This document shows positions 48,617 through 60,023 of a DNA stretch of 64,000 bases, one piece after another. The notes under the pieces are model-generated. The model saw only the letters and a list, made by a program, of their open reading frames with translations. It did not search any database and was not told the origin of the DNA. A program made the translations under genes and the position numbers. Source of the DNA: Selaginella moellendorffii (lineage: Eukaryota > Plantae > Lycopodiophyta). The DNA is taken from NCBI RefSeq assembly GCF_000143415.4, contig NW_003314272.1:1274184-1338183 (forward strand). The letters run 5' to 3'. Each line of letters begins with the position of its first letter. The first letter of the stretch is position 1.

Positions 48617-49613
48617 AATCAATTATTATATTTGATAATATACATGCTATTAAACATGAAGAGAACTAAATTATATAATAATTTGTTGTGCATTGCATGC
48701 AACAACACTTGGTTTGCTTAATATTAGTGTCAGTGAATAATCTAATTAATTAATAATTATAAACATATTTATACTTTATAAATCGAGACTAATCTTATTG
48801 CATATTAACCATTAGATGATAGAATAAAAAAGATTATACTAGGATGTGTTTAGTAAAGTTTATAAATTATAAACATGTTTATAAATTATAAATAAAAGAT
48901 TAATATAAATGAATAACAACTATTGGATGGTAGATTATCTTAAAATATTCTGGCATATTTAGATTAGATCTAGCAACTATAGATTTCTATTCTATGGTGT
49001 AGGATATTGTTAAACATTTTGCTACATTTGCAAGTTGCAATCATCACTAGTAACTAAATACTTTTCTCAAGATTTCAAGCGATTTTACCTTTTATTTTTG
49101 TTAAAACCTTTGTTTTGCTAGTGATTAAATTACCATAAGTACTATTTTGATGCAGGAAATAACCAATACTCGGCATGCTTGACTAAATTATAAACATCTT
49201 ATATCCCAAAGTTTGACAAAGATGTTCAGAATCACTAAATCCATAGTTGTAGACTAAGCAGTATACTTTGAAGGAGTGATATTGTGTTCATGTACTAAAT
49301 TAGCATTATAGGGGCTAGAGGAACATGGAAGCTCCAAATTCCACAAGAGAAAACTGTGATAGGACACAAAGTTGATGTGATTATGATTATTTAAAGCATT
49401 GTTTAAGAGAGTTTATAAATTGTAAACACAAATGAATAACAATCGCTAAATAGTAACATATCCTAGAATATTCAAGCATATTTTAAATATATTTGCCGGA
49501 CACTTTTCTGTTCAGACCTACCTGAAATTTTTTATAACGGCTTTTAAAAAAGGAAACGCTAAAGAAGCGACTGAGGGTGTCGCATAGCTGGGATGTGCGA
49601 TGGGAGTGATAAA
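48617..49613 (+). repeat. AT-rich segment duplicated at ~41793-43302 (distal part of the tandem duplication unit)
   Basis: Shared blocks such as ATCAATTATTATATTTGAT..., GCAATCATCACTAGTAA, TTCCACAAGAGAAAACTGTGATA, GCGACTGAGGGTGTCGCATAGCTGGGATGTGCGATGGGAGTGATAAA. Confidence 0.85.
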
Positions 49614-49641
49614 TCCAGCGAGAGCTTCGCTATGGAGCCCA

Positions 49642-51611
49642 TTAACGAGCAAGAGGGCTGGTGGTGGCGGTGATGTCCTGGAACACGCGAAGTCGCCGGC
49701 TCTGCTCCTGGAGCTGCTGCTGGAATGAAGAAGAGGTGGAAGAACTCGAGGGCAATGGCCTCGGATCGTTGAGCCCCAGCCCCTTGGGACTCTGGATGAA
49801 TCCCAGCTCGCCACCCAGGCACGACGCGGACGGCAGCAGCACCTGGAAAGGCTGGTGTTGACGACGATCATCGCTGTCTCCTCCGCTAAACAGCTGCTGC
49901 TTCACGGGAGACGAAGCAGCCGACTTGGAGATTCCGGGAGGTGGTCGTAGAGAAGCATTGCCAGGAGGAGCTGCTGCAACCAAAACCAGAGCCTCATGGG
50001 TCCATCGATCGAAAGAAGCAAGAAGCAGGAACTTTTCTTTACCTCCCAGATTGTCGAAGGACTCGAGCGAGAGGGATCTCCGAGCGGTGGCGGAGGGGCG
50101 TGGCGGCTTGCTGGGCGAGAACTTGAGGCTGTTGCTGCTCGCGTTGGTGGTGATGGCGCCAGAGTTCGAGTTTGCATTGACGCACAGCAGCTCCAGCTTC
50201 TTCTTGAGCGCCTCCGCCGCAAGAAAATGGTGATCCTGCTGCTGCTGGGCGATGATGTTTACGTTGGCGTTCTCATCCGCATCGTCAACAAGATTATACT
50301 CCTCCTCCTCCTCCTCCTCGTAGTCCCAGGAATCGTACGTGGGGATCTGCTGGCTTCGCGGCTGGGTTTGCTGCTGCTGCTGCTGGAGGCGATGTTGGTG
50401 GATTTCAATCTCTTGCTTGAGCTTGGATTGAGCTTGGGGAGCGTGGGCAACAAGACGCAAAATGCCGGTGCTTGGCAAGTGCTGCGGCTGATGTTGCTGT
50501 CCTTGCTCCATCTCCGCCAGCATCTCCTGTGCGCGCTCGTAAGACTTAAGGTGCGAGTCGGCGCCCCAACGAGTATCTGAGGATGCCGGCATCACGCTCT
50601 TGAGTAGTACTTTGGCCTCGTCCACGCGACCTTGCTTCATCAAGCAAATGCCCAGGTTACACATCTTGTTATTGTCCGGTTCCATGGACAGAGCTTTCCT
50701 GCCAATGATCCACAGCTTATGATCAATCGATTCAATGGCATTGCTTACCTGTAGACTGCCTCCGCTGCGATGAAATCGGATTGCTGCATGTACGCCCAGC
50801 CCAGATTCCCCTGCAAAGGACAAGATCGATCGATCGATCGATGAGAAAGAGCAAGAGCAAGAGCAAGAAGTTTCTTTCGCTGACCAGCAAGCGTGTGGCC
50901 TCCTGCTCGATGGAAACTTGGAACTTCTTGCCTTGCGAGCGCGCGGTCTTGGTCCGCTTGCCATTGAAGGCGAGGCCCGCGTAGATCAGCTGGAGCTTGT
51001 GCTTGAGGAGAGCGATCTGATCGTCCAGCCGGCCACACCTCTGGGAGAGAGAGAATCGCCCAAGTCAGCGATTTCATCGATACATGTCCGAGAGACTGGA
51101 TTTGGGGGAAAAAGGGGGCTTACCTTGTAGAGATCGAGGAGGACATTGTCCAGGGACTCCTGGGCTTGATCCGAGCAGCGCCCGCGCAGCGATTTTATGG
51201 CCTCGATCGCCTCCTCGGGCCGGTTCTGCTGCTTCATCACGATCGCCATGTCCTTGAGCGCGCTGTCCACACGGTCGCCCGCATTGATCGCCGCCCAGAA
51301 GAGCGCGATGGCCTTGTCGGGCTCCTTGTCCACCAGCTGCCAAAAGGGGGTTCTCTCAGAGATGCGATGCGAGACAGTGCGCGACCGATCGATCGATCGA
51401 TCGGATGGAATTGGTCCCTTTCTTTTACCTGGACGTGCTTGGCGCGGACGTAGGGCGAGTCCCCCAGCGGCACCTTGTGGATGACGTGAAAGGAATCGGC
51501 GCGCGAGGGAGGGCGCTTGCCGGCGGCGACGAGCGGCTTGACCGGCGAGCAGGGCGCCGATTTGCTCATCCTGGGATGCGGGGGAAGATTGCTAGAGCTG
51601 CTGTTCCACAT
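49642..51611 (-). CDS. MS5/TDM1/POLLENLESS3-like TPR protein, multi-exon
   Basis: HKVPLGDSPYVRAKHVQ, AINAGDRVDSALKDMAIVMKQ, QESLDNVLLDLYK, GNLGWAYMQQ, EPDNNKMCNLGICLM, C-terminal RRLRVFQDIT. Confidence 0.92.
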
Positions 51612-51971
51612 TCTCCTTTCCTCCGCGATCGCTGGAGCGAGCTAGCAGCTAGAAAATCGAGAGGAGCGAGAGCGGGAGGAGGGCGCGCGAGAGAAAGAAG
51701 AAGAAGGAGAGAGATTTTCTAACAGCCACAATCCCTGCTCTGCTGCCCGTTGGAACACTTTAGGGCAAGCGCTCTCCCAACGGTCGAATCCAGGTGCGTA
51801 CGGTATCGCGCGTACGGAGGGAGCGTACGGCGCGGTGGAGCATATTTGGAGAATTAGATCCGCTTGTTCTCCTCGCAAGTTGGATGGCTTCGTTCCAGAC
51901 AAGAAAGAATTTTTCCAGTTGAATCACTGTGATTTTTGTTTGTTTGTTTTTTTTTTTCATGAGATCATCGG

Positions 51972-53111
51972 CTACTTATTTGGTTCTTTGTTGCGAGAGA
52001 GCGAGTCGCGGATGAGAGTGTGCGTGAGCTCCTTGGGCAATCCCATGACGCTGTCAAGAGTTCCAATCTAGAAAAACCAGAGCAAAGGCACGCTTTTGGT
52101 TTGGTGCTTGGATTCTTCAAACCGGAAATTCCTTTTACCATGGACTGGACAAATGGAGAGACGAGGGGATGCTCCACCAGGAGGCCGCCGGCGGCATACA
52201 GGACCGACCCTTCCTTGATCTGAAACAACAAACGAGTAAAGTTTTGGAATCCTTGCCAAGCTCTCGGGAAGGCAAAGCAAAAGACAAAGAGCTATTTACC
52301 AGATCGTCGATTACTTGCTCGGGAATAGGATGGAAGTAAATCTGCGAAGAAGAAACCAAGCTCGAGAAAGACCAAAAAAAAAAAGAAGCTTTGGTTTTCT
52401 TGCCTCGGCTTTGTCGATGCTACCATTGCTGACTCCAGTGGTCACATTTGTCACAAGCACGGCACTCACTGTGATGGCTGGGTCTCGCGCGTAGCCTGCC
52501 AAAACAAAGCATGGAAGAATCACAAAGTGGAAACGAAGAACCACGTAAGAATGAATCTCAAGCTTACCAGCGATGAAGGTGCGAGCTTCGTCGCCATTCA
52601 ATGGCTTCTCGCGCACAACACCTCCGTTCACCACGACCGGTATTTTCAAGAACGAGGGAGATTGATCGGGTGAGACAACGTTGTACGAGCGACAGGAATA
52701 AGAACTCACCTGGTCCGCGGTGATGAGAAGAACTTCTTCGTCCGAAGTTTCGAGGCTTGTGATCCGTGGCAAGATAGCTTGAGCCTGCGAAAACCGCTGA
52801 TGGTTGATGCGCGTGAACTTAAGGACGTCTCACCTTGGCGTGAGCAAGCGCCATGACCAGCTCTTCCGGAGTTTCTCTTCGAATGGCACGCTCATCGATG
52901 TCCGCCGACTGGAAAAAGAAGAGTATGAGAAGGAAAAAGAAGAGAGAGAGGCTACCATCACAGTGAAGTTGTAACCCATCTCTCGAAGAACCGCTTGCCG
53001 CGTTTGTGAGGAAGAACCCAGTATGATCTACCAAAGGAAAATGGCGGTGGAACGCTTGTATATCGATCGAACACCGCATACCTTGACACTCCCGAGCTCT
53101 TCCAAGCCCAT
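51972..53111 (-). CDS. Maf-like nucleotide pyrophosphatase, multi-exon
   Basis: IILGSSSQTR, SADIDERAIR, LAHAKA, LLITADQVV, REKP, AGGLLVEHP, VMGLP; ends NKEPNK*. Confidence 0.92.
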
Positions 53112-53148
53112 TCTTACACAAGTTTAGGGCACCCAGAGGCGCTGAGCC

Positions 53149-54206
53149 ATGGCTGAGGACGTTCGCTCCTACCTCGAGCCTTCATACTGGTAAGCCGTTA
53201 GCAACTTTGGTGGATCATCATCCCTTGCAGGGACGAGAGGTTTTCCAGGGAGAGCCACTACGAGTGGTTCAAGGACTACTCCCAGTTCCAGCATTTGATC
53301 CACGCTCATTGCAGTGGCAAAAACGCAAAGGTACGTGTTTGGCTAAGCAAGGCGCTGGTTTCCTCACGTAGAGGAGGAGTTCACACTAGATTTTGGAACT
53401 TGGATGTGGCAACTCGCGCATGAGCGAAGATATGTACCGAGACGGCTTCACGGACATCACAGCGACTGATCTCTCGCCTGTGGCTGTGGAGAGCAAGCGA
53501 CGGAGATGCTCCGACTTGAACTATGGTATTCTTCTCGGCATTTCTTCTTTTCAACTCTGTCATTCTTGTCTCTCCAGGCATCAAAGTTCTTGTAGCTGAT
53601 ATCATGGACATGCCATTCAAGGACGCGAGCTTCGACGTTGTGATCGAGAAGGGAGTGATGGTATGATACAGAGATAATGTTTGGCTTTTATATCGGATCA
53701 AAATCAAAGGAACAAACAGGATGTTCTCTTCGTGGACAGCGGGAGTCCCTGGGATCCAGAGCCCCAAACAAGAGCCCGAGTTGACGCGACGCTCAAAGAG
53801 GTACACCGAGTTCTTGGAGCGAATGGTGTTTTCATCTCAATAGCATTTGGCCAGGCAAGAAAGACTTTGATCTTAGAGCTTCTACTCTCTTTTAACTCCT
53901 TGCCTTGACAGCCTCACTTTCGGCGCCCCTTTTTCGAGGCCAGTGACTTCGAGTGGTCCATGGAGTACTCAACCTTTGGAGACTCGTTCCACTATTATTT
54001 TTATACGCTAAGAAAGGTTGTCTCTTTCCTCCCCGATCAAACTTTTAAACACTCTAACATCGTTTCACCAGGGAATGGCCAGAAAGGTTTTGCCTCGAGA
54101 CTCGATGGAATTCACAAGCATTGACATGGTGCAGGAGCAAATGGATGACGAAGATTATATCATGAGAACCATGATGGTCGATGACGACAAAACCACGTCC
54201 AGTTGA
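53149..54206 (+). CDS. Class I SAM methyltransferase, EEF1AKMT4/METTL13-like, multi-exon
   Basis: YLEPSYW|DERF...HYEWFKDY, ILELGCGNS, SFDVVIEKGVM|DVLFV, SIAFGQ|PHFRR, FHYYFY. Confidence 0.9.
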
Positions 54207-54249
54207 TCGATCATTCCAAATGTCCTCGACGTCCTAGCGGCCCGGAAAC

Positions 54250-54640
54250 TCTCTCGCAGCCTATATCCCCATCGTGTAACTGGCAGGCCGTCCAGGCAAC
54301 ATTGTCGCATGGCGGGCCAAATCCTTGGCGAGCACTCACTCGCACCACACACCCCGCCGACCAGCACGCTGCTCTAGTGTGGCAGCACGCCAAAGTCGAT
54401 GCAGCGCCATCCGGGGTCCAAATCGCCGCAGTGCTTGCAAGCGAGAAGAGCGCTCAAGAACGATGTCTCATAGGGCCAAACCGACGTAGCAGCACGCTTG
54501 CAATCCCCACAGCTCGAGCACCACGCTATCATGGGGCACTGTGTCTAAGACTATCAAGCAACCGGAACGTCCGATCCTGGCAGTCCAGACGTTTCTTGCT
54601 GGCATTCTCACAAAGGTGGCCTCCGCTTCCAGAAGATAGA
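54250..54640 (-). pseudogene. Deleted relic of the 3' end of the PPR at 60024-61727
   Basis: Colinear with ~60030-60545, with multiple deletions. Confidence 0.8.
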
Positions 54641-55639
54641 TATATGCACAGGCGGTCCGTCTGGAGTCCGAGGTAGTGGACAAAACGCCCGTGGTTGTGA
54701 AGATGCTGGCTGGAGCTGGATTCGTAGGCGATGCCAGGAACGTTTTTGAGAGCTGCAAGAGTTCGCGTAACGATCCGGTGTCGTGATCAAGGCGTATGCA
54801 CAGCATGGAAACATGAAGGAAGTTATCGATATTTTCCGGGGACCGTCACCTTCGTGAGTGCATTCTCATCGCTTGCAGCCGGGCCGGTTTGCTGGAGGAA
54901 TCCATCTACCAGTTTGGATCTATGAGCTCGGATCACTGGCTCGCTGGGTGTAAGATCCACAGAACGAGCGAGGAAACTCTGAGAACGATGGAGTCCCGGT
55001 CGGGCGGGCTGTGGAGACCAGGGAGAGGATGCTCTCGTCTAACCGGGGCGGGAAGAGTGTCGTGCTCGTGGGATTGTTCGATCCGAGGCGAGCAAACAGC
55101 AGATTGATCAGGATTCGCTCGTCATTCTCACCAGCGCTATGCCCGAAGATGAAGATCCAGCATCCGGTGGAAGACAAGAGTTGCTCCCCCGGAAGAGGTA
55201 TGACTATTTTCTCTGCCTGTGATCTCTTGTCCATGTGGATTGGATTGGCCAAAAAGACACAAAGTTCCTCTTTGGGTTCCTTTAGATTTGGAAGAAGAAA
55301 TATTTGTCCACTACTGACGTACACTATCATCCGGAACAACAAGCCTGGTGGATTTAGCTCAAGGACGACGAGCTGCTGAACACTAGCACCAAGAGCATCC
55401 CAAGAGAAGATGGGTACTCACAGCTTAGAAAGTCTAGCACTACTTTTGCTGAATTTTGTCTTGGAAGCCAAGACCAAGTATCAAAGAGTGATGAAGCTAG
55501 AATCGAATGATCTACGATGGTTGCTGGCTATAAACATTGGCCACGATCGAGCAAGCTCCAACCACGTTCCATCACTACTTAGCAGCGAATCACCCATTGG
55601 CAAATAGAATATTCTAGGGTATATAGATTTCTCTTGTTT

Positions 55640-56100
55640 TTAGGTGGTCCGTTGTGGAGATGGATCACATGGCACTGTTGTACAATAGCCACATACTTTC
55701 ATGGTGACCATAGTCAGTGGGGTGTGGGGAAAAAGGTGAAAGTTTAAAGCTCAAAATGCACAAGATCGTGTCCTAATCAGATTTGGTACTTCTCAAGTCT
55801 AATGGCCAAAGCATGCTTGCTCCAGTGGTTAACATTGAGGACCCAATCAGCCTATGTGGCATGAAATATATGCTAATTGAGTTATCAGCGCGAAATGCTA
55901 GTCTCCTTCCACGGGAAAGTATTCTCCAAGGCTGGATCCATTTATGATAGGTAAGCTCACTTTGCTTTCATTTCTTTCTAATGTTATAGAACGAATGTAG
56001 GTTCGAGTGGGTCAAGCAAAGGTGACTCTGGCGGTGGTGTATTCGACATCAACAACCCCAGGATTTTATTGAATATTGGACACAGTCCCAGCATCACAGA
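55640..56100 (+). pseudogene. Possible trypsin-like serine protease relic
   Basis: An exon-like piece at ~56000-56055 reads SSGSSKGDSGGGVFDIN (GDSGG motif); upstream pieces contain stops. Confidence 0.35.
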
Positions 56101-56386
56101 TGCGGTTCAAGGTCGATAGCGGCATGGATAGTACCAGGTCAAGCAATCAAGGCACCATGATCACTGTCTTCTGTCTATTTATGCTCTATCTACGTTTGCT
56201 TGTTATTCAGATTTTCAAGTGTGCTATGTTTACTTTTCAGCGTTGTAATTTGATAAGTGTGCTGTCCTTTGTTTATTCACTTGGCTCGACCGGATGTGCC
56301 GGAGCGGCTCCAGCTGTTTCAAGTTAAACTTGCCTTGAATTTAGAGTTGCACGCTAGATTTGTTAAGATTACCTGAAAGATGTCAT

Positions 56387-57262
56387 AGGGGAATCTGGGC
56401 TGGGCGTACACGGAGCATCGCTCGCTCGATGAATCGATTGATCATGCATCATCAAACCGGACAACAACGAGATGTGTAACCTGGGCATCTGCTTGATCAA
56501 GCAATGTTGCGTGGACGAGGACAAAGTGCTACTCAAGAGCATAACGAAGGTATCCTCAGATAATCTCAGGGGCGTTGAATTGCATTTTAAGACTTACGAA
56601 ATAGCACAGGAGATGGAGAAAGGACAGCAACATCAGGCGTAACACTTGCCAAGCATTGGCATTTTGCGTCTTTGTGCCCACGCTCCCCAGCTCGAGCAAG
56701 AGATTGAAATCCCCTCCAGCAACAACAGCAGCAGCAAACCCAGCCGGAAAGCCAGCAGATGCCCACGTACGATTCCTGGGACTACGACGAGGAGGAGGAC
56801 GAGTATAATCTTGATCTTGCGGTAGAGGCGCTCAAGAAGAAGCTGGAGCTGCTGTGCGTCAATGCAAACTCCAATGCCAAGCAACAGCCTAAACTTCTCC
56901 GCCATCGCCAAAAGTTATTTCTTATTCATTCTCCTGATGGTCGATCGACCCATGATGGCTCTCGTTTTGGTTGCAGCAGCTCCTCGTGGCAATACTTCTC
57001 TACGACCACCACCCGAAATCTCCAAGTCGGCGGCTTCCTCTCCCGTAAAGCAGCAGCTGCTTAGCGGAGGAGCTAGGGATGATCGCAAGGCCACCGCCCT
57101 CGAGTTCTTTCACCTCTTCGTCATTCCAGGAGCAATTGCAGCAGCTGCAGGAGCAGAACCGGCGACTTTGCGTGTTCCAGGACATCACCGCCACCACCAG
57201 CCCTCTTGCTCGTTAATGGGTTTATCACTCCCATCAGCGATGCGACACCTCAGTCGCTCGGA
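56387..57262 (+). pseudogene. Inverted, decayed duplicate of the 3' part of the MS5-like TPR gene
   Basis: GNLGWAY, PDNNEMCNLGICL, PTYDSWDYDEEE, LKKKLELLCVNANSN and RRLCVFQDIT pieces with frameshifts; retains intron sequence. Confidence 0.88.
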
Positions 57263-57533
57263 TCTCTGTCTTTAAAATTTGTAGCGATTCCTTCTTAAGC
57301 AAACGGAAATTGCCACAAATGTTCCACAATATCCTCGGCGTACATGAAGCCAGAACTTAAGATTGATTAAGAAAAGAAACTCTTGCCGTTCACATGTATG
57401 CAGAACATGCAGGATGGATCTCTTTCGTCCTTGGCTACGTAGAGCCTATTTTGCACAGTTGCAGCTCTTCCATGTTAATCTCGAAGTCCAAAATTTAGTT
57501 CAGTAACTATTCGCTTATCAAACGACCACCTTT

Positions 57534-58312
57534 CTATGCCATGGTAGGCCGATACTGTGCCACCGCCTGGAGTCGCCCTGGGTATTTTACTCGGTACCAG
57601 TCCTTCTTGTAGGCCTCCATGAAAAACACCGTGGCGTTGTCGATGGGGAGCCCATAGACACTACCATCCTCGTCTGTCCTGACAACAATCCCACTCACCC
57701 TGAGCTCCTTGGCCGAGTCCCATCTCACGATAATATCGCCCGTTTGGACACCAGGTACGATGCCAGCCGGTTCCTTTGATAGGTAGAGCTTCTTGATGAT
57801 CGCAGGGAGCTCAACTCCCCCAGCCCCATCCTGCGCCCGCCGCACAAAAACTGCCTCTTCGTTTTGAGGCCCACCCGGCATGAGGGGCACCCCAGGCAGT
57901 TTCAGCTGAATCAGAAAAACAGCCAATCAGGGTGAATCAGGATTTTGAAGCAGCAGCTTACAGGTTCCAAGAGCTCAACAGCAGCCACCCAGGGGTGCAC
58001 CAGGGAAACAACTTCGCCTTTCACAGTCTGCCCATTGATCGTCACAGTAACTTCTTCGCCTTCCTTCCACACAATCGTGTCTTTGTAGCCCACAACGATG
58101 CACGTCGGTTGTGGGCTCAGTGCTAAGGTCGTATCAGGGAGTCCAATGAAGAGTGCAGTACCTTTATTGTCACAGGTGCCCACAAACCGGAGCAGATCCA
58201 ATGCGCCAGGAGGCGGGTTCACAGCCGTCGCCACAGAGGAAGAACCAGATACCATGGAGGTCATCACGGAGGAAGAACCAGAAACCATGAAGGTCTTCAT
58301 ATGCGCCTCCAT
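57534..58312 (-). CDS. Orphan two-exon gene (~240 aa), possibly a catalytically dead trypsin-like fold; intron ~57908-57960
   Basis: ORFs 57911-58312 and 57534-57926 join in frame via GTAAGC...TTCAG (VELLEP|LKLPG) with no internal stops. Confidence 0.6.
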
Positions 58313-58554
58313 TTGCTGTGAAAGCTAATGAGGTTGTCATTCCCAATCGAAGCTATTTACTTACATCAAGTTTCCTCTGCATCTCATCCAGCCTCTCATC
58401 CAAATTCTTCCGCTGCATCTCATCCAGATTCTTCCGCTGCATCTCATCCAGCTTCTTCCGCTGCATCTGAAAGCAGCAGCAACCTGAAGGACAAGGCACG
58501 AGTTATAGGAACGCAAGGGCTCAGTTACCTGCAAGCTTCATACCGACAAAACTT

Positions 58555-58957
58555 TAGGGCACCCCACCTAGAAATAGCATCATTGAGATTTTGGATGAGT
58601 ACCAAGACGGCTTCACGGACATACATTGACTGATCTCTCGCAAAATCAAAGGAAGGATGGGTTTCAAACAGGATGTTCTCTTCGTGGACAGCGGGAGTCC
58701 CACCCCAAGAGTTGACGCGACACTCAAAGAGGTACACCGAGTTCAAGAAAGACTTTGACTTTCAACGCGGCTACTCAACCTCGTTCCACTATTATTTTTA
58801 TACGATGAGAAAGGTTGTCCCTTTTCTCAAACTTTAGAACGCAACGTTTCACCAGAGAAAGATTTCGAGACTCTCTGGAAAGCACAAGCATTGACATGGT
58901 GCAGGAGCAAAGAGATTACTTCATGACAACCATGATGATCGACGACAAGAAAACCAT
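58555..58957 (+). pseudogene. Heavily deleted methyltransferase duplicate
   Basis: Blocks match 53126-54195 (GATGTTCTCTTCGTGGACAGCGGGAGTCCC, CACAAGCATTGACATGGTGCAGGAGCAAA). Confidence 0.8.
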
Positions 58958-59212
58958 TGAAAGAAGCTACTGGAGGCTTCACAGCAGGAAGAGGATTCAC
59001 AGGAGGAGGGTTCGTAGCCGTCGTCACAGAGGAGGAAGAACCGGAGGTCTTCACAGGCGCCTCCATTTGCTATAGAAGGAAGCGAGCCTGTCATTCCCAA
59101 TTCAAGCTATTTACTTACCTCAAGTTTCCTCAGCATGTCATCCAGCTTCTGCTCAATCTTGCTCGCAAACAGCTCTGCACTCGTCTTGCTCGTAATTCAC
59201 GCTAACAGCCTC

Positions 59213-59995
59213 AGGGCACCCAGAGCCGGTGAGCGATCGTAGCAACCTTGACGGATCATCTTCCTCACAGGGTTTCCAGACTCCAGCGTTTAATTCATGC
59301 TCACGGTACGAGTTCATTCACAGCGAGCGGATTATCTGGAAGGGAACTTGGATGTGGCAACTCGCGCACGATATGTACCAAGATGGCTTCACAGACATCA
59401 CAGCGACTGATCTCTCGCCTGGAGCGGAAGCGACGGAATGCTCCGACTTGTGGCATACATGCCATTCAAGGACGCGAGCTTCGACATTGTGATCGAGAAG
59501 GTAGGATACAAAGATAGTGTTTGGCTTTTAGATCGGATCAAAACTAAAGGAAGGATGGGTTTTAAAGAGGATGTTTAGCGGGAGTCCCTGAGATCCCGAG
59601 ATGACGCGACGCTCAATGGGGTACACGGAGTTCTTGAAGCAATGATGTTTTCTCTATCGCATTTGGCAAGATCGAAAACTTGGATCTTAGAGCTGCTCTC
59701 TTCTGACTCTTTGCCTTAAGCCTCACCTATTTCGAGGCCAGTGGCTTCGAATGGTCCATGGAGTACTCAACCTTTGGAGACTCGTTCCACTATTATTTTT
59801 ATAAGCTAAGAAATGTTGTCTCTTTCCTCCCCGATCAAACTTTAAAACGCTCTAACATCAGGGAATGGCCAGAAAGGTTTTGCTTCGAGAGTCGACGGAA
59901 ATCACAAGCAATGACATGGTGCAGGAGAAAATGCATGACGAAGATTATCTCATGAGAACCATGATGATCAACGACGACAGAACCACGTCCAGGTG
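59213..59995 (+). pseudogene. Methyltransferase pseudogene duplicate
   Basis: Colinear with 53126-54206 including introns; start codon lost, several deletions. Confidence 0.85.
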
Positions 59996-60023
59996 ATCGA
60001 TCATTCCAAATGTCCTCAAAGTT

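Noticed and set aside
24171-54206. Lipase, EamA transporter and methyltransferase as tailoring genes of the terpene module
   Set aside because: They look like conserved housekeeping types (the methyltransferase is a protein-lysine type) and were not co-duplicated with the MTPSL-P450 pair.
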